26,145 nt of DNA, from positions 1-26,145 of IMG/VR virus record IMGVR_UViG_3300029183_000042. One strand, written 5' to 3'. This DNA is from a virus. Its lineage: Duplodnaviria; Caudoviricetes. Shown here in pieces: positions 17,543-25,134 of the stretch. The notes under the pieces were generated by a model that saw only the letters and a list, made by a program, of their open reading frames with translations, had not been told where the DNA came from and made no database searches. Positions within the stretch are counted from its first letter, which is position 1; each line of letters opens with the position of its first letter. The position numbers were made by a program, and so were the translations under genes.

Positions 17543-18132
17543 TGCAGTTCCCTCTTAGCAGCTTCATATGCGTCGTTTAGGATATAAAGCTTTTCGCCGA
17601 CGGCTATCTTAACCAGATGCCGATATCTAGCTTTTACGACATCAAATCCTTCACCTGGATCCACTCCTAAGATAGCCCTCCAAGATGACGGCGTCGCAGA
17701 CTCAGGAAGAGCTCTAAATCCTGCAAACGCACTTTTGAGAATGTCGGAACATGCCCACCGGTCGAGTCCGCGTATTGCTTGTATCGAGAGCCAAATAGCG
17801 TGAATGTTGTCGACGAGCCTGTACCAGTTGTCACACGCGATCACTTTGATCTCGTTATGCAAAGTGAAGTACACGGCGACACCGACATCAGTTGGTTTTT
17901 TGTAGCTCGCTCTTGGTTGGCCGTCTTGCCTCAGTGGAATATTTGACGATATGATGACGTTTTTTGCTCCAAGCTTCGCGAGCTCGTCATATATACCATC
18001 GCGAGCGGCCGCAAATTTTGACTTGCCGTCATAGCTGCGCCTTGTTCTGCTGAACCTGGAATGCTTGGGGTACCGTGTCCGTTTGATATGCTGCGGCCAC
18101 GAAAGCGGGTATGCGCTCACGTTGTCGTTCAT
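17539..18132 (-). CDS. Phage DnaJ-like protein with a degenerate C-terminal J domain
   Basis: AYPLSWP...VIISSNIPLR.DG...GVAVYF...IACD.W...DN...RGLDRW...AFAGF.ALP, followed by WRAILGV...KARYR...LNDAYEAA; no HPD. Confidence 0.75.
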   Translation of the reverse strand: MNDNVSAYPLSWPQHIKRTRYPKHSRFSRTRRSYDGKSKFAAARDGIYDELAKLGAKNVIISSNIPLRQDGQPRASYKKPTDVGVAVYFTLHNEIKVIACDNWYRLVDNIHAIWLSIQAIRGLDRWACSDILKSAFAGFRALPESATPSSWRAILGVDPGEGFDVVKARYRHLVKIAVGEKLYILNDAYEAAKRELQ

Positions 18133-18218
18133 TTTGTCGTATGTAGCTAGTTGAAAGGCCGCTTTCGTAGTGTTTAGCCGGCCTTGAAATTATTATTAGT
18201 AAACATTTACTAACGAAG

Positions 18219-18551
18219 TTAATTCTTCGGAGACACCTTGATCTTCTGCCCGAGAATAAGCTTACGCGTCGAGTCGTCGAAAATCCAGTTGGCGAATATC
18301 TCTCCGGATTCGTCGAGTGTGTACTGGTTCGTTACTTCGTAGACACCGGAGCCGTTGTCGGTAATGGCGGTGACGCTCGTCGTGCCGCTTGGCTCTATGA
18401 CTTCAAGTGTGAGATTTGCGGCTTGACCAGTGACGCCAGTCCCGCTCGAATCTTTGAGGACACACGAGAACGGGAACTTCGATCCCTGCAGAATTCCTTT
18501 TGCCGGTGTTATGTCCTGGTAGCCTGTACGGTCGTTGGATGCTCTACTCAT
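18219..18551 (-). CDS. Small beta-rich (Ig-like) protein
   Basis: TDNGSGVYE and Thr/Gly-rich strands; start overlaps the LamG gene stop. Confidence 0.55.
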   Translation of the reverse strand: MSRASNDRTGYQDITPAKGILQGSKFPFSCVLKDSSGTGVTGQAANLTLEVIEPSGTTSVTAITDNGSGVYEVTNQYTLDESGEIFANWIFDDSTRKLILGQKIKVSPKN

Positions 18552-19303
18552 GATGTCGTAAGTGTGTATTGTGCTATCGTGTTGGTTTCGAGCGTATACT
18601 CTTCGTTGTTGAGCGTGTGATAGGATACACTCTTGCGCTCATTATAAAGTTCTGTGATTTCAGCGGCCGAGAGCGCTTTGCTAAAGACCCGACCGTTGTC
18701 GAGTACGCCATTAAAGCCGCCTGATGAGAAGAAGCCGTTTTGTTCGAAGTCTTGAGCACTTTGAATATCTTCGGTTCCAAATACTGTGCCCGTCGAGCTC
18801 GCGACAACTCCGTTTACATATATCGTTGCTGTATTTGCGGACCGGTCAATAACGATCACGATCTGATACCAGTTGCCATCGGCGTCGATAACGTTCGCGT
18901 TCGAGTCGAGAATCGTTCTTGATGAGCCGTTTGAGATGTTGAAGCGTATGCCTTTCGTGACGGTCTGGTTGTTCACGACGATGCAATATCCTTCCTCTGT
19001 CGTGCTCGATGCGCCGAACATGATGATCCCTCGAAACTGCGACGGCAGAGATGGGAATTTGGCCCACAGTTCGATCGTTCGAGACGCCGTTCCGAGTTGC
19101 AGCGTTGCAGCGTTTGCATTGAGCCGGCGAAGTACGCCGTCGTTTGCATCGAACTGAACAGCCTTTCCGATTATGCCGTCAACGCTGCTGATGTCATCGC
19201 CATTTACGACAGTAAGATCATTGACGCCGTGATCATCGGTTCTATCGTCATTTCCGGTTTCCTCGTACGACCAGGAAGAGATTAAGCTTGAAATGAGTGC
19301 CAT
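18548..19303 (-). CDS. LamG/concanavalin A-like domain protein
   Basis: LISSWSYEE, GIIGKAVQFD, TIELWAK, WYQIVIV, IYVNG and FNGVLDNGRVFSKALSAAEITELYN motifs. Confidence 0.85.
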   Translation of the reverse strand: MALISSLISSWSYEETGNDDRTDDHGVNDLTVVNGDDISSVDGIIGKAVQFDANDGVLRRLNANAATLQLGTASRTIELWAKFPSLPSQFRGIIMFGASSTTEEGYCIVVNNQTVTKGIRFNISNGSSRTILDSNANVIDADGNWYQIVIVIDRSANTATIYVNGVVASSTGTVFGTEDIQSAQDFEQNGFFSSGGFNGVLDNGRVFSKALSAAEITELYNERKSVSYHTLNNEEYTLETNTIAQYTLTTS

Positions 19304-19351
19304 GCTGATATTAGGTTTTCAGTCAAGATACAACGAGAGGCTGAGATGTGC

Positions 19352-19702
19352 CTAGTCTTTGAGCTTAACGAGCGTAATGTTGCCTTGTTCAACTTCATGA
19401 CCACCTAGCGCAATTATTTGATGGCAGATATCGATTCCGGTGTCAATATTATGCGGCGCATCAGAAAGTGCTTGGTAAACGCGTTGCCGAGAGAGATTGA
19501 GACGATTTGCTATATCTGGCACAGTTAGCTCTGTTGACTTCACGATTGTCTGACGAGCTAGCGACTTGAGCTCCTCGGGAGAGAGAAACTCGCTCTTATC
19601 ATTATCGAGAAACTCGACGACAGAACGAGCGACCATATCTTCGGAGCTTTTGAGCTTGTTCTCACAATATTTCCGGATTTTTTTATTGACTTGTAACTTC
19701 AT
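19352..19702 (-). CDS. Helix-turn-helix DNA-binding protein
   Basis: LTVPDIANRLNLSRQRVYQALS. Confidence 0.7.
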   Translation of the reverse strand: MKLQVNKKIRKYCENKLKSSEDMVARSVVEFLDNDKSEFLSPEELKSLARQTIVKSTELTVPDIANRLNLSRQRVYQALSDAPHNIDTGIDICHQIIALGGHEVEQGNITLVKLKD

Positions 19703-19803
19703 CTTCTTTTGTTAGTTATTTTCCAATGTCGCTTTGTGCGATGTAGCTAGAGAGAGGACCCTGGAATCGGTTCGTAGTGTGCCGTCCAGGGTCCTCTCGT
19801 CAT

Positions 19804-19896
19804 TTAAGCAATCGTGACCGTGTCATCGCCGTCATCGATTATGATGATGCTTCCGTCGTCGATCACGACAACCTTTTGGTGTGATGGAGTTTTCAT
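19804..19896 (-). CDS. Possible 30-aa acidic peptide
   Basis: MKTPSHQKVVVIDDGSIIIIDDGDDTVTIA, preceded by AGGAGA; contains an internal IDDG repeat. Confidence 0.4.
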   Translation of the reverse strand: MKTPSHQKVVVIDDGSIIIIDDGDDTVTIA

Positions 19897-19931
19897 GGCT
19901 TTCTCCTGTTTATTGATGGATGTAGTTACTC

Positions 19932-21590
19932 TTACGAGTCTGGTTTTGAATTCGTTTTATGATCAATGTACTTACGAAGAAGAGCATTTATCTCTTCGAT
20001 TGCTTCGATATCGTCTTTCATCCTTTTGAATTTTACATCCAAGACGTTGATTATCGGCTCAATCTTGATCGGATCGCTGTCGATTAATTCGATGGGTGCT
20101 GAATGCTCTTCTACAGTGCCGTCGTTTTTAAACCAGAGGATTCGGCCGTCAGTAAGAAGCATCTCGACGCTTGTTTCGAGTGCCGAATCTCCAGGTTTTA
20201 TCTTGAATTCCTCAATACCTGCGATTTGGCGCAATATCTCGAATATGTTGCCGGAGCTCCCGAGCTCTTGGCTGAGATCATCTTTAACCTTTGCAATACC
20301 ATTTCTGAGCGTCGACTCGATCGAGCTTTGTGAAGCAACCTCAAAGGCAAGAGCTATTGACTCGTGGACACTTTGAATTCCATATTTTAGAGTCTCTCGC
20401 TTACTATCTGTGAACTTGTCGTCCACTTTCATGAGTGCAGCAGTAAGTGCTCCAATCGTCATATTAAGGTCAAATGGAATTCCTCTAATATCGACGGGGT
20501 AGTCTGCATCAACCAGTGTTGTAATATCAATGTGATAAGCATCGCAGATTGCCTCAATAATACCGATGAGAATATCTGATTTACGCTCTTTGTGTATTTG
20601 CGCAACACAGTTCCTGTTTTCTTTGATAACGGCGGTGAGGTAATCTTCAGCCGCCGTGCCATCAGAAGAATTATCATCAACTGTTGCTGATATCAGTTCC
20701 CAATCATAACCCGCCGCTTCAGCAATTGTCTGAGCTGTGTCCCTGATTGTGAGATAGCGGATTTCGTCGAGCTTGAATTCGTTGTGCTGCGCAATTGATG
20801 TAAGGTTTCCTTTGAACCTCTCTGATAGAAGTTCATCTTTATTAACTGGTCGCTCTGTCAATTCTTCGGCGAACATGCAGAACCGAGTAATTACGTCGCT
20901 AATGATTTCATCTGATAGCTTGCCGGCATCTATTTCTTCTTTTCCACGGCTATCCTTTTTTGCATTATCAGCCATTACAAGCGCTTCTTTCGCGAATGCC
21001 TCAACTGTGTCGATCCGCTCACCGAACTCATTGAAACGTTCGACGGCCTGATCATTGATGTCGGATAAGGTTTCCTTCATCAATTTATTAACCTTGACCA
21101 TCTCATCAATGGTCTTTTTGTTATCGTCAGCCGTGGCTTTTATCGCTAGAGCGTGCTCGCCGAGTTGCTTTACTTTCTCCAATACACTGGACAGTTCTGT
21201 CTCCTGCATGTCAGTACGCATAACCGAACATGTATGATCAATGATGCCGATAATTTTTTCGTCGTCTGTACCGAGCCGATCGTCGAGAATTTTATTAACG
21301 TGTTGCTCAACATGACCCTCGACCATCTCAGAAGTCACGAGCGAACCGCCTGCGAGCTCTTTAATCTTTGCGTCAATGCGTTTTGATATGAGCCGCTCGA
21401 TTTCGGCGTGGAGCGTCGTATTCTCTTTGCCAAAACGGTTGTCCATCATGTCATCGATTTTCGTCGTGAAATCGTTCCAGAGCTCATCGACGAAGCTCGT
21501 GATGTCTTTTGTGAGCGTATTGATTTTCGATGTGTCGCCAAGCATCAGTGTTAATAATGCGCCGGCGAACCGCTGAATGTAGTTCATCAT
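19932..21590 (-). CDS. Large acidic helical/coiled-coil hypothetical protein
   Basis: 552-aa ORF with no recognisable catalytic motif. Confidence 0.75.
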   Translation of the reverse strand: MMNYIQRFAGALLTLMLGDTSKINTLTKDITSFVDELWNDFTTKIDDMMDNRFGKENTTLHAEIERLISKRIDAKIKELAGGSLVTSEMVEGHVEQHVNKILDDRLGTDDEKIIGIIDHTCSVMRTDMQETELSSVLEKVKQLGEHALAIKATADDNKKTIDEMVKVNKLMKETLSDINDQAVERFNEFGERIDTVEAFAKEALVMADNAKKDSRGKEEIDAGKLSDEIISDVITRFCMFAEELTERPVNKDELLSERFKGNLTSIAQHNEFKLDEIRYLTIRDTAQTIAEAAGYDWELISATVDDNSSDGTAAEDYLTAVIKENRNCVAQIHKERKSDILIGIIEAICDAYHIDITTLVDADYPVDIRGIPFDLNMTIGALTAALMKVDDKFTDSKRETLKYGIQSVHESIALAFEVASQSSIESTLRNGIAKVKDDLSQELGSSGNIFEILRQIAGIEEFKIKPGDSALETSVEMLLTDGRILWFKNDGTVEEHSAPIELIDSDPIKIEPIINVLDVKFKRMKDDIEAIEEINALLRKYIDHKTNSKPDS

Positions 21591-21684
21591 GTCGTTTCTT
21601 AAGTGTAAACTGTTGGGATTAGAGTTAGCTTGATTGTCTAGTTTTTATTTTACTGTAAAGTGAATACTTGTTCCCAGTGAGGCT

Positions 21685-22254
21685 TTAGAATGGAAGGTCG
21701 TCGTCTTCAGAGTCGGTGCTGGCTACACTCTCCGATAGCATTGAGAGCTCGGCAAGCTGCTTTTTCGATGCTCTTCGAACAGACTTCAGTGTCGGATACA
21801 AATTGCCGGGAGCGATGAAGTACACAAATCCGTCGTGAATGAATACCGCCGGTTCATTTGGTGGAGATGTCCCTTCAGCGATTGCTTTCCCGGTTTTTTC
21901 TGCAAGCCATCGATATAGTCCAGGCTCGCGGCTCTCGTTTGTGTCTTCGAGCCACGCAGCAAGCATACGCTGAGATGCTCTGTCGACAGCATGGGGAGAT
22001 AGGTCGACCTGCGGAATCTCCAGTGATCCGCGTTGCTCTAGCTGACGCGTCGCTAGATGTACAATCTGGGGCTTATCGCTTACAGTGTTCATTACCCATC
22101 GCAGGTAGTCAGCCGGAACTTCAGCCATTCGTTTCCCAGAGTGCTTTTTCCCGAAGTTGAATATGATGTCGTCGGTGTTCTTGCCGGCGTATTTCCCGGT
22201 GGCGTACTGAACTTCGCCGGTTTCTTTGTCGAATAGTTCGTTTTGATCCTTCAT
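21685..22254 (-). CDS. DUF3820-like domain protein with an SSB-type acidic tail
   Basis: FNFGKKHSGKRMAEVPADYLRW motif; the protein ends in DSEDDDLPF. Confidence 0.7.
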   Translation of the reverse strand: MKDQNELFDKETGEVQYATGKYAGKNTDDIIFNFGKKHSGKRMAEVPADYLRWVMNTVSDKPQIVHLATRQLEQRGSLEIPQVDLSPHAVDRASQRMLAAWLEDTNESREPGLYRWLAEKTGKAIAEGTSPPNEPAVFIHDGFVYFIAPGNLYPTLKSVRRASKKQLAELSMLSESVASTDSEDDDLPF

Positions 22255-22258
22255 GTCG

Positions 22259-22663
22259 TTATTCGAATGTTTCAGTTATTGATTTTAGAGCGTCATTGAG
22301 TGGCTCTTCATAAAGTCCGTGGAGCGTCTCGGTTATTTGATATTTGATTGGATCGTTCTTCCGCTTCGTTGCTCGGTAATAATCGGCGCTCCAGTAACCG
22401 CCGAGCTCGTCTTCATTCCCATATTCAATATTTTGAATTGAGATGAAGTGGCCAAGAAACGGAAAGTGAATGACGTTGTCGATATAGTCGTGGGCATCGG
22501 AGAACTCGAAGTCGAGAATAAGCTCTCTCTCTTCTTCTGGGGTCATTAGGCCTGAGAGCGTCTTGAAAAATAGATCTCCCAAATCGAGAGAATCCAGGTA
22601 GTCGAGTTCAGCAATAAACCTCAGTAAGTATTTAGCAAGTAAAAGCCTAATTCGCTTTTTCAT
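22259..22663 (-). CDS. Hypothetical protein
   Basis: 134-aa ORF with an AAACGAC leader motif. Confidence 0.65.
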   Translation of the reverse strand: MKKRIRLLLAKYLLRFIAELDYLDSLDLGDLFFKTLSGLMTPEEERELILDFEFSDAHDYIDNVIHFPFLGHFISIQNIEYGNEDELGGYWSADYYRATKRKNDPIKYQITETLHGLYEEPLNDALKSITETFE

Positions 22664-22680
22664 GAGTCGTTTCTAATTTT

Positions 22681-22711
22681 GTTTTCGATAAGGCATAGAA
22701 TTATCGAAACC
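22681..22711. repeat. Palindromic site E (same arms as A-D, 9-nt spacer)
   Basis: gttttcgataa-ggcatagaa-ttatcgaaacc. Confidence 0.7.
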
Positions 22712-22738
22712 GATTAATTCTATGAAAACGGTTTCAGG

Positions 22739-22966
22739 CTAACTATACATTTGAATGCATTCCTTCATCTCGCTAACAAAGTCCTCAACTGTGATAGTTC
22801 CGCCGTATATGTCAATCACGTCAATGATACCATCGGCATCAACATCCGAGTAACTAACGCCAAATCTGCGAATACACTCTGCATTCACCTTATCACTTAA
22901 TTCCTTGTGTTTTTCGGCTGCTTTAGATGCTTGATCTAAGAGCTTTTGAAATCGTGAGTTTGTCAT
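22739..22966 (-). CDS. Hypothetical cassette protein (75 aa)
   Basis: Unit 1 of the AGAAACCGCCCC array. Confidence 0.7.
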   Translation of the reverse strand: MTNSRFQKLLDQASKAAEKHKELSDKVNAECIRRFGVSYSDVDADGIIDVIDIYGGTITVEDFVSEMKECIQMYS

Positions 22967-22991
22967 TTATTTATCTGGTAAGGGGCGGTTT

Positions 22992-23210
22992 CTAGTCTTC
23001 AGGATTGCATTTGTCATATATCTTCTGACACATCTTGTCATAGGCTTTGTGAATCGCCTTAATTTTCCTTTCAGAAAGATTATCAATATTACCTTCGATT
23101 AAGTCCGAAAGGTACACGCGACCCCGCCCAGCATCTAGCATACACCATGCAACGTAATACACGAACTGCGTAGGTGTGAGGTCACTAATATCTTTTTCAA
23201 GAAGAGTCAT
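22992..23210 (-). CDS. Hypothetical cassette protein (72 aa)
   Basis: Unit 2 of the array. Confidence 0.7.
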   Translation of the reverse strand: MTLLEKDISDLTPTQFVYYVAWCMLDAGRGRVYLSDLIEGNIDNLSERKIKAIHKAYDKMCQKIYDKCNPED

Positions 23211-23248
23211 TTGATTGTTTTGTGTATTTATTGATAGGGGGCGGTTTC

Positions 23249-23485
23249 TCAGAATTTTATCGATTCCTCAGAAAGTAGCCCTTCTGTATATTCAGGCTGA
23301 TACTTTTCGTGGTTTGGAAGTTTCTGTTCAAGCTCATGTATCCAGTCGGAAATCATGGTTTTGACATAATCCCGCTGTGTCCAGTCTCCGTCAAAACCTT
23401 TCTCTGTACGTATTTGTAGTTCCCTAAGGAATGCTAGGTCCTTTCCGGCTTGATCTTCTGTATAGGTAGTTTCTTTGTATTTCAT
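23249..23485 (-). CDS. Hypothetical cassette protein (78 aa)
   Basis: Unit 3 of the array. Confidence 0.7.
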   Translation of the reverse strand: MKYKETTYTEDQAGKDLAFLRELQIRTEKGFDGDWTQRDYVKTMISDWIHELEQKLPNHEKYQPEYTEGLLSEESIKF

Positions 23486-23510
23486 TTTATCTCTGTTGTT
23501 GGGGCGGTTT

Positions 23511-23729
23511 CTAGTCTTTATTGATCACGTCACGGTGCCAATATCGACTATTGGGCATTACTCCATCTAAAGCTAATTGCACGTCGTAAAGCGCTTGCCG
23601 ATAACCGCCGGCATACCCTTCTGAAGCTAGGCCACGGGCAAACATGGAATTAGGTTTTGCGTTGCTTGCAATATCTTTATTTACTTCATCAAGTACCTTT
23701 TTGAGATCGCGTCTTATTCCTTTAGCCAT
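23511..23729 (-). CDS. Hypothetical cassette protein (72 aa)
   Basis: Unit 4 of the array. Start placed at MAKGIRR, downstream of the repeat; contains LASEGYAGGY. Confidence 0.7.
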   Translation of the reverse strand: MAKGIRRDLKKVLDEVNKDIASNAKPNSMFARGLASEGYAGGYRQALYDVQLALDGVMPNSRYWHRDVINKD

Positions 23730-23773
23730 TGCAATTTGTGTTTTTATTTTCCAGCACAACCGGGGGCGGTTTC

Positions 23774-23863
23774 TTACAAGGAGAGCCACAGTGCATACAG
23801 AACGTAACCGAGCACATAGCCAGCAGCAATGGGAGTAAGTCTATCAGATTTTCCCTTTGTCAT
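23774..23863 (-). CDS. Possible 29-aa membrane peptide
   Basis: MTKGKSDRLTPIAAGYVLGYVLYALWLSL; its TAA overlaps the 12-bp repeat as in the other units. Confidence 0.45.
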   Translation of the reverse strand: MTKGKSDRLTPIAAGYVLGYVLYALWLSL

Positions 23864-23978
23864 TTTTGATGCTATCGGCATGGTACATTGAGGCTCCTGT
23901 CTTTATTGTAATCATTGCAGTGGGGACATTTGGTTTTTTCTTTTTTCATCGTTAAATCCTGTTCTGGTTTTTACCATA

Positions 23979-24077
23979 TCAGCCAAGCGCTATAGCAATG
24001 ATCGTAACTACCACAACGATAATGATCAGAATACCCGCAACTATCCTCGCCTTTGCGCGATCCTCTTTATAGCTCAT
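23979..24077 (-). CDS. 32-aa membrane peptide
   Basis: MSYKEDRAKARIVAGILIIIVVVVTIIAIALG. Confidence 0.6.
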   Translation of the reverse strand: MSYKEDRAKARIVAGILIIIVVVVTIIAIALG

Positions 24078-24078
24078 A

Positions 24079-24183
24079 TTAGATACCCGAAATTATCCAG
24101 GCAGCAAACCAAAGTATAAAGCTGAGAATTCCTGCAATGATAACTCGAAGTCTGAGGTCTTGCGGCTCGGCTGATTTTGTCAT
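24079..24183 (-). CDS. 34-aa membrane peptide
   Basis: MTKSAEPQDLRLRVIIAGILSFILWFAAWIISGI; ATGA overlap with the upstream gene. Confidence 0.6.
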   Translation of the reverse strand: MTKSAEPQDLRLRVIIAGILSFILWFAAWIISGI

Positions 24184-24659
24184 CTGAGTTTTCTCTCGAC
24201 TGGTTGGTTGATCGGTGTTGTGAAGATTGAGATCGTAGTTCCGGTGTAAGAGGTGAACGTGAAAGGCTCATCGGTTACGGTAAATGTATAGTTCTCGATC
24301 TTCTGTTTGTTTGTCTCATCGAAAACGCCAACCGTAAAACCTACAAATTTCTTAACACGCTCAGGAGAAGAGAAAAGGCCGATTACCTGGAAGTTGCCTC
24401 GCTCATCGGACTCAACGACGACGAGCATCGAATGAACGGTCTCCTTGTTGCTCGTAACTTCTTCAATCAAGAGCCGGTTTGACAGTTCATTGCGAAGTTC
24501 TTCTTTCGAGAAGGTCGCGAGCGTTCTTGATCTCGCTTCCTCAGTGAACTTGTTAATCTTCTCCGGATCTATTTCGAGTGACGGCTGACGCTGTGGCTCT
24601 TCGATTCCCATTGCCTTTAGCGCTTCACGTTCTTCTTCGATACTGCGTTCCTGGTTCAT
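24180..24659 (-). CDS. Hypothetical protein
   Basis: 159-aa ORF containing VIGLFSSPE. Confidence 0.65.
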   Translation of the reverse strand: MNQERSIEEEREALKAMGIEEPQRQPSLEIDPEKINKFTEEARSRTLATFSKEELRNELSNRLLIEEVTSNKETVHSMLVVVESDERGNFQVIGLFSSPERVKKFVGFTVGVFDETNKQKIENYTFTVTDEPFTFTSYTGTTISIFTTPINQPVERKLR

Positions 24660-24675
24660 TTGACCTCAGTATTAA

Positions 24676-25047
24676 TTAAGCCTGTATATCTATCTTGCGG
24701 CCGATCGTATTTTCGGTAACATAGATTCCGTAAAGATCGAGAGTCTTTACGTTATTTGCAGGATAATCAATTGGATCGAATTTATCAGGATCTCCTAGTG
24801 CATGTTCAATGCGATCAATAAGGTCATGCTCGTGTTTCGTTTGCAGTTGCAGAAGACCATAATTGCCGACGTCGTCAAACTGTGCGACTACGAATTCAAG
24901 ACCATTAAAACGTACTCGTTGCGCTCTGCCGTTATGGAAGCGGTAAATGTTGCCTATCTCGAATTTACTCTCGTCGTTGTTTTTTGGTACTATTTCGACT
25001 TCGACGAGTACGTATTCTGCAAAAAGAGAGATGAGGAATTTAATCAT
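24676..25047 (-). CDS. Hypothetical protein
   Basis: 123-aa ORF downstream of an operator/promoter module. Confidence 0.65.
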   Translation of the reverse strand: MIKFLISLFAEYVLVEVEIVPKNNDESKFEIGNIYRFHNGRAQRVRFNGLEFVVAQFDDVGNYGLLQLQTKHEHDLIDRIEHALGDPDKFDPIDYPANNVKTLDLYGIYVTENTIGRKIDIQA

Positions 25048-25100
25048 TGTTCTGTCGTCGTGTTTTGTTTGTGTGAACTCTATAGTGTACGCTTCACTGA

Positions 25101-25120
25101 TGTAAAGTTTCGGCTTTACA
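25101..25120. promoter_or_regulatory. Operator-like palindrome TGTAAAG-N6-CTTTACA
   Basis: tgtaaag-tttcgg-ctttaca, intergenic. Confidence 0.7.
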
Positions 25121-25134
25121 CAAATTATGCCGCG

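Larger units (their letters stand above)
22982..23774 (-). repeat. Four exact 12-bp direct repeats AGAAACCGCCCC
   Basis: Plus-strand ggggcggtttct at 22982-22993, 23238-23249, 23501-23512 and 23763-23774, each overlapping a stop codon. Confidence 0.9.

Noticed and set aside
22982-23774. CRISPR array
   Set aside because: The repeat is only 12 bp, the spacers are ~250 bp and encode full ORFs, and no cas genes are present.
23722-23949. Zinc-finger gene (CPHC ... CMHC in one frame) read through stop codons
   Set aside because: Two different in-frame stops (TAG and TGA) intervene, and another frame gives a membrane peptide ending exactly at the repeat. At most this is a decayed gene or a 25-aa ORF (23872..23949).
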